Assembly: GCA_041690595.1 (NCBI GenBank)
Contig: JAWLHB010000007.1
Location: 62,001-126,000 of the forward strand
Source of the DNA: Lentisphaeria bacterium
GTDB lineage: Bacteria > Verrucomicrobiota > Lentisphaeria > JABSQK01 > JAWLHB01
DNA: 64,000 bases
Direction: 5' to 3'
This document shows, piece by piece, positions 55,584 to 64,000 of the stretch; position 1 is the first letter of the stretch; each line of letters opens with the position of its first letter. The notes under the pieces are model-generated. The model ran no database searches and was not told the DNA's origin. It saw nothing but the letters and a program-made list of their open reading frames with translations. The position numbers were made by a program, and so were the translations under genes.

Positions 55584-56675
55584 ATGCCCGCCGCCCCCCG
55601 GAAGTATCGGATCTGTCATGTCAGCCTCACGCTTCTGACCGGAGGGTTGGAGCGGCTGCTGGTGGAATTCGCGCGGCAGCATGATTCCACGGCTTTCGAT
55701 CTCGAGTTTGTCGTTCTGAGCAATGAACTTGGCCCCCCCGCGGAGGAGATTCAGGCGCTTGGCTATCCAGTGCATGTGTTGCCACCCGGCAAAGGGCTGC
55801 GCCGCCTGCGCGCGCTCTGGCGGTTCTTTAACGAGCGGCGGATCGATCTGGTGCACACGCACAACGCGGCGCCCCATCTGCATGCCACCCTGCCGGCCCG
55901 CCTCAGTCATGCCTCGGCCGTTGTCCACACCCGGCATGGTCGCGAGGGAAGCCATTCCTGGAAGGCCCGCTGGTGGTGGCGGCGCATGGGCCGACTTGCC
56001 GATCGCGTCGTCGCCATTTCTCACGATGTCGAACGCCTCTGCGAAATGCAGGGACGTGTACCGCGCGAAAAGCTGAGTTGCATCTGGAATGGCATCGATC
56101 TGGCGCGCTTTCCCTACCGCGGACCAGCAGCGGCGAACATGGCCATCACGGTGGGCCGACAGTCCGCCGTCAAGAACCTCGACAGCTTGCTGAGGGCCAT
56201 TAACCTGGCGTCCGCCGAGGTGCCCGACCTGCGCCTGATGCTGGTCGGCGACGGCGAGGAGACGCCACGCCTGGAGGCTGAGGCACGGGGAATGGGGCTG
56301 CTCGATCGCACCCGTTTCCTGGGAGCGCGGAAGGACGTGCCCGAGCTGTTGGCTCAGGCTGGCTTCTACGTCTGTTCGTCGCATACAGAGGGGCTCTCCC
56401 TCTCGCTGGCCGAGGCCATGGCGGTTGGGCTGCCCGTGATAGCCACGGATGTCGGCGGCAACGGTGAAGTCGTCAAGAACGGAGTAACGGGCATCCTTGT
56501 CCCGCCGGATGACAGCCAGGCCCTGGCCGCCGCCATCGTGAACATGTGCCAACAGCCCCAGGCATGGAAAGCCATGGGAGAGGCGGGGCGTCGGCGCGTC
56601 GAGGAACACTTCAGCATTCGCGGCATGATTACCGCTTACGAGAGCCTCTATCGCGAGCTGCTTCCGCGCGATTAG
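55584..56675 (+). CDS. Glycosyltransferase family 4 (GT-B)
   Basis: GGLER, VHTH, HTRHG, IWNGID, K...LL.A, EGLSLSLAEAMAVGLPVIATDVGG. Confidence 0.94.
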   Translation: MPAAPRKYRICHVSLTLLTGGLERLLVEFARQHDSTAFDLEFVVLSNELGPPAEEIQALGYPVHVLPPGKGLRRLRALWRFFNERRIDLVHTHNAAPHLHATLPARLSHASAVVHTRHGREGSHSWKARWWWRRMGRLADRVVAISHDVERLCEMQGRVPREKLSCIWNGIDLARFPYRGPAAANMAITVGRQSAVKNLDSLLRAINLASAEVPDLRLMLVGDGEETPRLEAEARGMGLLDRTRFLGARKDVPELLAQAGFYVCSSHTEGLSLSLAEAMAVGLPVIATDVGGNGEVVKNGVTGILVPPDDSQALAAAIVNMCQQPQAWKAMGEAGRRRVEEHFSIRGMITAYESLYRELLPRD

Positions 56676-56687
56676 GCAGAGCGCGCT

Positions 56688-57731
56688 TCACCAGAGCCGT
56701 CGGTCCGTCACGCTGAAGAAGAACTGGGGGCCAACTTCCAGCAGGATGGAATGGCTTCCCGATTCGAGCGGAATGGGCAGCCGCTCCCTGCCCGCATGAA
56801 AGCCCCGCCAGACGCCATCGTGCTGATAAGCGCATGCGTCATCTATCCAGATGGCGCGAACATAGCCGCCAAGATTGAGCCAGACCGTGCGTGCGGTCGC
56901 CAACTCCAGACTGGCGGCAGCCAGAAAACGGGGCGCGGGTGCTATCTGCCGGGTGAGCGAGAGTGCGAAGCCCTCCTGGCGCACCTGCTCGTACCACCAT
57001 CCTTCCTGAGGCGTCGACTCCGGCAGGGTCACCGCCTGCCAGCGGTAGTCGGGCCGGAGCGATTTGACGTTCAGCTCGGTCACATAGGGGCTGTCGGGAT
57101 GGCCATCGACAATTGGTTTCACCAGCCAGCGAGGGATCAGGCCGGGGGATGGCTCGATGAGCAGCCGTTCGGGCACCTGCACATCCGTATGGTCGAGCGC
57201 GTTCAGCAGTGCCTGGGCCATGATGCGATGACCGGCAAAGTTGGGGTGCACCCCATCCTCTTCGAGCAGCTCCGCCCCCTGGCCCGCCGCCCGCTCCATG
57301 AGAAAATCGACGTCGGCGACCCGATGCCCATACTCCCGCGCATGGCGTCGCAGGGCCATGTTGAACTCCGGTTGCCGGTCGTAGGCATCCTCATGTCTGG
57401 GGGTCAGCAGACTCGTCGTCAGCAGGATAACCTCGATGCGCGCTTCGCGCAACGTTGCCAGGATCTGATCGATCTGTTCATCATAGACCGCCAGCGGCAC
57501 ATTGCGGATCAGGTCGTTGATCCCCACGCTCAAGGTGACCATATCCGGTCGGAAGGAGATCGCATCGCGGCCCAGCCTGGCCAGCACATCGGCGGCAGTG
57601 TCGCTGGCGACGCCGCCATTGACAAACCGGGGGACCGGCTTCCCAGCGCGTGCCAGCGCCTGCGCGGCAAGCATGGGATAGGCAAAACCATCGGTGATCG
57701 AATCACCAAGTGCAACTATGCATGTTGACAT
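56688..57731 (-). CDS. SGNH/GDSL hydrolase with a C-terminal beta domain
   Basis: LGDSITD, NGGV, GIND, DGVHPN; start ATG 57731. Confidence 0.9.
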   Translation of the reverse strand: MSTCIVALGDSITDGFAYPMLAAQALARAGKPVPRFVNGGVASDTAADVLARLGRDAISFRPDMVTLSVGINDLIRNVPLAVYDEQIDQILATLREARIEVILLTTSLLTPRHEDAYDRQPEFNMALRRHAREYGHRVADVDFLMERAAGQGAELLEEDGVHPNFAGHRIMAQALLNALDHTDVQVPERLLIEPSPGLIPRWLVKPIVDGHPDSPYVTELNVKSLRPDYRWQAVTLPESTPQEGWWYEQVRQEGFALSLTRQIAPAPRFLAAASLELATARTVWLNLGGYVRAIWIDDACAYQHDGVWRGFHAGRERLPIPLESGSHSILLEVGPQFFFSVTDRRLW

Positions 57732-57911
57732 GAAGGATCCACGCTTGCGGGAAAGATAACGGCCGAATTGAAATATAGGCTCCCTCCACATCCGCGCAAG
57801 CAACCTGGAAGCGAATTGCCGCGGCTGCCGGTGCAACTGGCAGAGTGAGCGGTGGGGGGTATGTTACGGTTGAAGCAGGGCATCCAACCACCAGCACGGG
57901 CATTTTGATCG

Positions 57912-59417
57912 ATGCGGGAATCCACCGATAGTCTCTTTCATGCCGGCCGTCGCAACAAGAGCGAGGTGGTGGCGGAACGAATCGAGCAGCTCCTGCGGGA
58001 GCAGCGGCTGCGACCGGGTGATCGGCTGCCACCCGAGCGTGAACTGGTCGACGCTTTCGGGGTGGCCCTCCCAACGGTGCGCCGCGCCCTTGACCAGCTC
58101 GAGAGCCGCGGCCTCATCGAGCGGCTCCCCCGGAGGGGCACCTTCTACCTGGGAAACGACGCGCCACCACCCGTTGTTGGCCCCGGCACGACAGGCAATG
58201 TCTCCCACGCCGTGGCGGGTGGCAGCCCCGTGCCGACCATTTTCTCGCATGACCTGCATGCGCTCAGCCTCAGTTCACGCGACCTGCTGCACCCCGGATG
58301 CTGCCGCCGGTGGGAAGCTCAACTCGATTTTGCCGGCCGCCAGATGACCGAGACCCGCCTCCAGTTGCTCCCGCCGCGGAGTGATGACTTCACCGAGGCC
58401 GTGCGCGACCTCTCGCCGGATATCGTTCTGGCGACGGAGCGGGAGTTGAATGAACTGGAGCAAGCCGGTCTGCTGGCGCCGCTGCCGGAAAGGCAGGTGC
58501 AATCCTGGTTCCGGCTGGAGGACTTCCATGCCTGCACCCACCACGCGACCATGCGCAGCGGCAAGTTGCGGGGCATCCCCTACTATATCAGCGCGAGCCT
58601 GAAGCTCTGGAATAATTCGCTGCTGGCGCAAGCCGGTGGCGAACTACCGCCCATTGCTTCGGCCGCGGCGCTGGCTCCTCTCATCGATTCGCTCGATCGC
58701 CAGTCTCTGCCGGCCATCGCCGGCACCTTCATCCACATGCCCCTCTATCAGTGGCTCGAAGACGGCATTGTGCGGTGGGATCCCGAGAGCGGCGAAAGTA
58801 CCCTCGACGAGGCCGCCGCGATCGACTCGCTCCACTTCAGCCGGGAGATGTTCTCGCGCCTCTGTGCCGCGGTTCCCAATGCGATGGGCGCCGCGCAGGA
58901 TATCGATCCGGCTGCCGTCCTCAGCGCCTTTGTTGCCGGCCGGTTGCTGGTGCTGGACAGCTTCTCCTACGCCCTCGGCCATCTGCCGGATACTCCTGGC
59001 TTCGGCATGCGGGTGCAGCCGCCGCCGCGCATGCCCGGTGACACGGTCTCCGCTCATACCAGTCTGCTCGCCATCACCGCCAGTTGCATCGAGCGCGAGC
59101 GTGCCTGCGACTTTATTCGCCTCGCCTGTGATACCGAGGGGCAGCGGCTCCTGGCCTCCACCCTGCACAATATCCCCGCCAGACGGGACGTCGCCGCCTC
59201 GCCCCATTACCTCGGCCACTGTCCGCCCGGCATGGCGCAGGTCCTCGCGGGGCTCGACAAGCGGGACTCCATCTTCCACAGCTGCCCGATCGTGCTGCAT
59301 CTGCCGCTGCAGATGAAGGCACTCGCCGCGGCCATGGCCTGTTATCTCGGCAGGCGTACGCCCGAGGAAACCGTCGAAAGTCTCGCCGCCATCCTGCGCC
59401 TGATGACTACTCCCTGA
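57912..59417 (+). CDS. GntR-family HTH fused to a solute-binding-protein-like domain
   Basis: PGDRLPPERELV..FGV..PTVRRAL..LE..GLIER.PRRGTF, then SBP-like PDIV, GKLRGIPY, WN..LL, IPARR. Confidence 0.85.
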   Translation: MRESTDSLFHAGRRNKSEVVAERIEQLLREQRLRPGDRLPPERELVDAFGVALPTVRRALDQLESRGLIERLPRRGTFYLGNDAPPPVVGPGTTGNVSHAVAGGSPVPTIFSHDLHALSLSSRDLLHPGCCRRWEAQLDFAGRQMTETRLQLLPPRSDDFTEAVRDLSPDIVLATERELNELEQAGLLAPLPERQVQSWFRLEDFHACTHHATMRSGKLRGIPYYISASLKLWNNSLLAQAGGELPPIASAAALAPLIDSLDRQSLPAIAGTFIHMPLYQWLEDGIVRWDPESGESTLDEAAAIDSLHFSREMFSRLCAAVPNAMGAAQDIDPAAVLSAFVAGRLLVLDSFSYALGHLPDTPGFGMRVQPPPRMPGDTVSAHTSLLAITASCIERERACDFIRLACDTEGQRLLASTLHNIPARRDVAASPHYLGHCPPGMAQVLAGLDKRDSIFHSCPIVLHLPLQMKALAAAMACYLGRRTPEETVESLAAILRLMTTP

Positions 59418-61296
59418 CCGGCGCCCCTGTCACCCGCTCCAGCGCTTTGGCTGCTTCCTGGAAGGTGGGATCCAGGGCCACCGCCTGCCGATACGCTTCC
59501 GCGGCCTCCTCCGCCTCTCCCAGCGCTTCCCAAGCACCTCCCAGCAGGAAGTTCACCATAGGCGCATAGGGGGTGCCCAAGGCAAGAGCCCGCCGGAAAT
59601 GTGCCACCGCTTCCTCATGGTGACCCAGCTGCAGACTGGCCTGGCCAAGGTTGATGTGAGTCGGTGCATCCTCACGCAAACCGAGGGCCACCTCGAACGC
59701 CTCTCTCGCCTTTGCCGGGCGCTCGTTCGTCAGCTCGTTGACGCCCAACTGGAAGTGTGCGTCGACCAGCGTCTCCCAGGCGCGGCTCTTGCGTGGGAAG
59801 AGCCGTAGTGTTTCCTCGGCGACCTCCAGCGCATGCTCGTAACGCTGGGTCTGCTGCAAGGCCATGATCAGATTGAGCCGCAAGGTCAGGTGATGAGGAT
59901 CCGCGGCCAGCCCCCGTTCGAAGACCGGTACCGCTGCCGCGGGATCACTGGCGTCGATATAGGACATCCCAAGGTTGTTCAGCACCGTCGGATTGTTGCC
60001 GGTGGCCTGATCCACGCGCGTCCACAGGCGAATGCTGCTGCTCCACATCTCCACCTGCTGCCACGAGAAAAGGAGCGCCACGGCCGCGCCGACGAGCAGT
60101 GCCCACGAATAGAGTCTCCGCCAGGATGGCCCGACGCGCTGCCAGCCCACGCCGATCATGTAGACAATCCCGATCAGCGGAAAGTAGCCGTAGCGGTCGG
60201 CGGTGATGAATTCCCGCGGCTTCAGGACCAGCAGGGCATTTGGGGCCATGCCTATGGCGAAGAACCAGAGGCCGAACCAGCCAGCGGAGATCCGCCGGCG
60301 ATAGGCCCATCCACCCACCAGCGTCAGCAGGACGACGAAGAGCAATCCCCCCGCCAGAATGAGAGGCCACTGATTCGCGTCCGGCCAGGAATAGTAGGGT
60401 AGGGGGCGCCCCAGAAGAAAGAAGCGCCGTACCCATTCAAAGCCCAGCCAGGGCAGGCACAACAGCCGGAACCAGAGCGGCTCCATGCGGTCCAGCGGCT
60501 GTATCGGCATGCGGGTATTGATCCAATAGCCCAGCAGCCCGATCAAGACAAAAGGCAGGAAACTGCCCCATCGCCATGGCTGCGGCGGCCCTTTCACGTA
60601 GCATTCCATCAAGATCAGCAGCGCCGGCAGCACGATCATCGTCGGCTTTACCAGCATGGCCACGGTGAAACAGGCGAGGGAGAGCGCGAACCACCCCGGA
60701 CGCCGCTCCTCCAAGTGGCGATGATAGGCCAGCAGAGCCGGCAGCCCCGCCAGCGCCGCCAGCAGATCCTTGCGCCCCATCGCCCACGCCACCGTTTCAA
60801 CCTGCAGCGGGTGAAGCACAAAGAGCAGCGCCGCCACCACGGCAACGCGACGCGAATCGCTCAGCCGCCGGCACAACAGGTAGACCAACATGCCGTTGAG
60901 CGTGTGCAACAGGACATTAGTGGCATGAACCACGCCCGGCCGCAGCCCGAAAAGCTCTGCTTCCACCATGTGGCTGACGTAGGTCAGCGGTATGAAGATC
61001 AGCTCGCGAGGCACCCCGCCCGGCGTGAAGGCGCGCTTGAGATTTTCCCAGCTCAACCCCCGGACAACGGGGTTGTGAACAAGGAAATGAACATCGTCCC
61101 AGTTCGTGAAGCCATACCAGAAGGTGCGGCCGTAGATGAGCAGGGTCGCACCGAGGATCGCCACCAGCGCCCAGCTGTCCAGCCGTGACCACATGAGCGT
61201 GAAAGGCTTGGATGGCAACTCCGGTGGCAAAGGGTGCGGGGCATCGTCCAATTCGGCGCGCCAGCTCGTGCCACTATCAGTGAGAGGTTCGCTCAT
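59407..61296 (-). CDS. TMTC-like GT-C membrane glycosyltransferase with TPR repeats
   Basis: F.NWDD, PLT..S, H.TNVLLH, LFVLHPLQVETVAW..GRKD, K, ADRY.Y.P, W.SS..LW, followed by TPRs; start ATG 61296. Confidence 0.85.
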   Translation of the reverse strand: MSEPLTDSGTSWRAELDDAPHPLPPELPSKPFTLMWSRLDSWALVAILGATLLIYGRTFWYGFTNWDDVHFLVHNPVVRGLSWENLKRAFTPGGVPRELIFIPLTYVSHMVEAELFGLRPGVVHATNVLLHTLNGMLVYLLCRRLSDSRRVAVVAALLFVLHPLQVETVAWAMGRKDLLAALAGLPALLAYHRHLEERRPGWFALSLACFTVAMLVKPTMIVLPALLILMECYVKGPPQPWRWGSFLPFVLIGLLGYWINTRMPIQPLDRMEPLWFRLLCLPWLGFEWVRRFFLLGRPLPYYSWPDANQWPLILAGGLLFVVLLTLVGGWAYRRRISAGWFGLWFFAIGMAPNALLVLKPREFITADRYGYFPLIGIVYMIGVGWQRVGPSWRRLYSWALLVGAAVALLFSWQQVEMWSSSIRLWTRVDQATGNNPTVLNNLGMSYIDASDPAAAVPVFERGLAADPHHLTLRLNLIMALQQTQRYEHALEVAEETLRLFPRKSRAWETLVDAHFQLGVNELTNERPAKAREAFEVALGLREDAPTHINLGQASLQLGHHEEAVAHFRRALALGTPYAPMVNFLLGGAWEALGEAEEAAEAYRQAVALDPTFQEAAKALERVTGAPVRE

Positions 61297-63514
61297 CGTT
61301 GTATTGAGTGACCGTGGAAAGGATGTGCTGGAAGAGCCAGGCGCGGCCCTGCGCATTGGGCGTCGACGAGAGAAGGTCGGCCCGTTCATCGATCCGGTAA
61401 AATAGGTCAATGTTCTGGCGACGCAAGGAGGCGGAGTAGAGATCGACGACGGGCAGATCGTATTCGGCCGCCAGTTCCATCACCGCCAGGGCGTAAAGTC
61501 GCAGTCGCGATTGCGTCAGATCATGGACGATAGGCAGGGTGATGAGTATCGGTATCTTACCCGCCTTCAGCGTAGCTTCGACGAGGAAGATCAGTTGCGC
61601 CCGGTAATCCGGCACCGATATCCCACGTTCCAGATCGCTCTTGCCGACAGCCCAGATGATCGCATCCCCCGGCGTTTTCAGGGCACGCTGCAGGTAGACG
61701 AACTTGGCCCACGTCGGGTCGACCGCGATCAGTGGATTGCTGTGCAGCGAGATCATGCGGATCGACAGCTTCTCGGCGGCAAGTCCCCATTGGGACGGCA
61801 GCAGGGTGTCGCGCACATGGCCGGCGCTGGTCATGAAATCGTCCACCAGCAGCAAATCGCCGATGGCGATATCCGGTGCTGTGGCGCCCGCCAGCCGTGC
61901 TTCCCGTCGCAATAGCGCCAAGCCATCGCCATAGCGGAGCAGACCGGCACTCGTCCGGAAGTTGGGGACACTTGCGGGCGTCAGGTGATAGACTCGGATC
62001 GGATCGGCGATGGCCAGCTCGGCCAGCTCGATCGAGATCTCCGTCTCCGCGATGGCAGGGTCACTCGCATCGATGGCTACATGGCGAAGGAAAGGCGAGG
62101 CGGGTATCGGTGCACGCTGCGTCTCCAGCACCCGGCCTTCGGCAGTGCGGCGGCGCACCACGAGCTGTGCGTCGCTGAGCATCGCTTCCTCGAAGGCGGG
62201 GCTGACCCGCAGATAATAATCCAGCATCGCCGGCCCATCCTCCGGCTGCAGATAGGGCAGGCCCACGGCTTGAAAATCGACCTGCACGCGGGTGGGTTCC
62301 TGCCATCGCAGCCGCACCGGCGTGGTCACCTCCTGATGATAGCCGAGGATGTCTCCCTGCGTAAGCAGGAGTTCATGCCGCGGTCGCACTGGCAGATAAG
62401 TCGTCAGACGCGGTGCGCCGTCAAAGAACAGCTGCCGCCCGTCAATCTCCATTTCTTGCTGAATGAGCGAATGCCCGAAGAGGTTGCTGCTCAGGTCGTG
62501 GACAACGACTCGCTGCAGCACCCGATTGCTCGCCGGGAAGAGAAAGGATGGCCCTTGGCGCAGGCGAAAGCCCGGCACGATCAGGTCCCCTTTGCCTTCG
62601 ATCAGCAGCTCGTCGATTCCAGTAATAGTCTGCAGTTCCTCGTTGCCGAAGCGCTGAAACTGCGCGTCCGCGGAGACTTCGCGGTAGGCCAGAGCCGGAG
62701 CCAGCTCCTCTTCGAGCAGCATGCCGAAGAAATCGACGCGGTGCAGCCCGGGCGCCACCAGCCGAGACGGGGATACCAGGCGCTGGCGCTTGTCCCGCGT
62801 GGCTTCCATCCAGCTGAAAACGGGCTCCTGATCGATGAACATGTACCAGGCGCCGTTGTCCTGATTGAGCACCGCGAATTGCAGCTCTCGTGCCGTATCG
62901 CACTGCCAGAGCGTGCTCAAGTGGTAGACGAGCTTGTGCTTCTTCGGCACGAAGCTCGGCAAGCGATCCAGCATGGCATCGCTCGAAAGGCTGGTGATTT
63001 CTCCCCGGTATTTCAGTGGGCGGATCTTCGAGTAGAGGGTCAGAAAACCACTGCAGCCGCCAGGACGCGCAATGCCGATGCCAGGACCGAGCGAGAGGCT
63101 CACCGGCAGGCGTCGATAACTCTCCGGTACCGCAATGGGAGCGTCAAAAAGATAGACCAGCAGGCTGAACGGCACCCGAGGCGGTGGGCGCTCTTCATCC
63201 GCATCGGGTGTGATCGTAATTCGCACCTCGACAGCCGTCAACCGCTCCGCCTCGTCGAGAATCGGAAAGAGGCTGAGCGGGTTGCCTCCGCGGTCGACGG
63301 CGCGCGCCCCAAGGCTTCGTTCCCGCAGGTGAAGGGGAATGTCGATCCGCAGCGTATGCGAGCGCGGCAGGACGGGCGTGGTGACCAGCCGCGTATGCGC
63401 TTCGCTGAAAAGCCACGGTGGCAAATCTGGAGCTCCGGCGGCAATCACGGCCAACGGCAGGATCATCCACACCATCAGCGCCTGCAGACGCCATGCCAAA
63501 CGGGAGTCAGCCAT
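61277..63514 (-). CDS. Secreted hypothetical protein with a C-terminal SGNH-like domain
   Basis: Signal-like N-terminus from ATG 63514; PA14-like segment; C-terminal AVGKSDL, PILITLP, LAAEYDLPVVDLY, TPNAQG. Confidence 0.7.
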   Translation of the reverse strand: MADSRLAWRLQALMVWMILPLAVIAAGAPDLPPWLFSEAHTRLVTTPVLPRSHTLRIDIPLHLRERSLGARAVDRGGNPLSLFPILDEAERLTAVEVRITITPDADEERPPPRVPFSLLVYLFDAPIAVPESYRRLPVSLSLGPGIGIARPGGCSGFLTLYSKIRPLKYRGEITSLSSDAMLDRLPSFVPKKHKLVYHLSTLWQCDTARELQFAVLNQDNGAWYMFIDQEPVFSWMEATRDKRQRLVSPSRLVAPGLHRVDFFGMLLEEELAPALAYREVSADAQFQRFGNEELQTITGIDELLIEGKGDLIVPGFRLRQGPSFLFPASNRVLQRVVVHDLSSNLFGHSLIQQEMEIDGRQLFFDGAPRLTTYLPVRPRHELLLTQGDILGYHQEVTTPVRLRWQEPTRVQVDFQAVGLPYLQPEDGPAMLDYYLRVSPAFEEAMLSDAQLVVRRRTAEGRVLETQRAPIPASPFLRHVAIDASDPAIAETEISIELAELAIADPIRVYHLTPASVPNFRTSAGLLRYGDGLALLRREARLAGATAPDIAIGDLLLVDDFMTSAGHVRDTLLPSQWGLAAEKLSIRMISLHSNPLIAVDPTWAKFVYLQRALKTPGDAIIWAVGKSDLERGISVPDYRAQLIFLVEATLKAGKIPILITLPIVHDLTQSRLRLYALAVMELAAEYDLPVVDLYSASLRRQNIDLFYRIDERADLLSSTPNAQGRAWLFQHILSTVTQYNDERTSH

Positions 63515-63516
63515 GA

Positions 63517-64000
63517 TCAATAGTGGATATCGTAGGATTTCGTAATGCGGTTGATTTCGTCGATCGTGGTCATTCCTTTCATCACCTTGACCCAGCCATC
63601 CTGGCGGAGGTTGCGCATGCCCTGTTTGGCAGCCGCCTGCCGCAGCTCCACCGACGTGGCATTGCGCGTCACCATATCTTCGATGTGCTCGTTCATCAGG
63701 AAGAACTCGTAAAGAGCGACCCGGCCACGATAACCGGTCTGCCCACACTCCACGCAACCGCGCCCCTTGCTTGCTTTTACATCTTCATCGCTGCACCCCA
63801 CGGAATCCGCGATCTCCAGGCGTATGCGCTCGGTGATTTCCGTATCCTCCTCCTTGCAGTGCGGGCAGATGCGGCGCACCAGCCGCTGGGCGATCGAGGC
63901 CGAAAGGGATGAGGCGACGAGGAAGGGCTCGATGTCCATGTCCACCAGGCGATTGACCGCGCCGACCGAATCGTTGGTATGCAGCGTACTCAGCACCAGA
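63517..64000 (-). CDS. GspE/PilB family secretion/pilus ATPase (3' part; 5' end lies outside the window)
   Basis: STLHTND, RLVDM.IEPFLVASSL, AQRLVRRICPHC, GCVECGQTGYRGR, G.TTIDEI.R. Confidence 0.95.
   Translation of the reverse strand, partial: LVLSTLHTNDSVGAVNRLVDMDIEPFLVASSLSASIAQRLVRRICPHCKEEDTEITERIRLEIADSVGCSDEDVKASKGRGCVECGQTGYRGRVALYEFFLMNEHIEDMVTRNATSVELRQAAAKQGMRNLRQDGWVKVMKGMTTIDEINRITKSYDIHY

Overview
This is GC-rich bacterial chromosomal DNA with about 50 CDSs and one tRNA-Ser(GGA). I found no integrase, transposase or cas gene. The gene content (DUF4838-like and URO-D-like proteins, a GntR-SBP fusion, sulfatase/FGE, a CHASE2 cyclase, a GspE/PilB ATPase) suggests a PVC-group bacterium such as Lentisphaerota; that is an inference. 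Left to right: an AraC regulator plus three oxidoreductases beside the tRNA 3' end; GH2, ThiF, PRC-barrel, cupin and Gfo/Idh/MocA genes; an EIIA fusion, aat and lutABC; xylulokinase, sulfatase-like and URO-D-like genes; a TolC / Cys-rich protein / MFP / ABC / ABC operon; a REP-like repeat cluster; a DUF4838-like protein; mutM, FGE and sodA; an NtrB/NtrC-type pair; a beta-barrel plus CHASE2 adenylate cyclase converging on a Zn-ribbon pseudokinase; two metal ABC loci with a Zur-like regulator flanking a large secreted protein; GT4, SGNH and GntR-SBP genes; and a GspE/PilB - hypothetical - TMTC-like operon. The best leads are (1) a tripartite exporter with an asymmetric heterodimeric ABC pair and an embedded multi-Cys-cluster protein, (2) a CxxC/RAPP leader peptide plus candidate Zur boxes on a metal-uptake operon, (3) a membrane-anchored pseudokinase and three other catalytically degenerate enzyme folds, and (4) an RtT-like element after the tRNA. 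All product calls come from motif recognition by eye; no database search was run.
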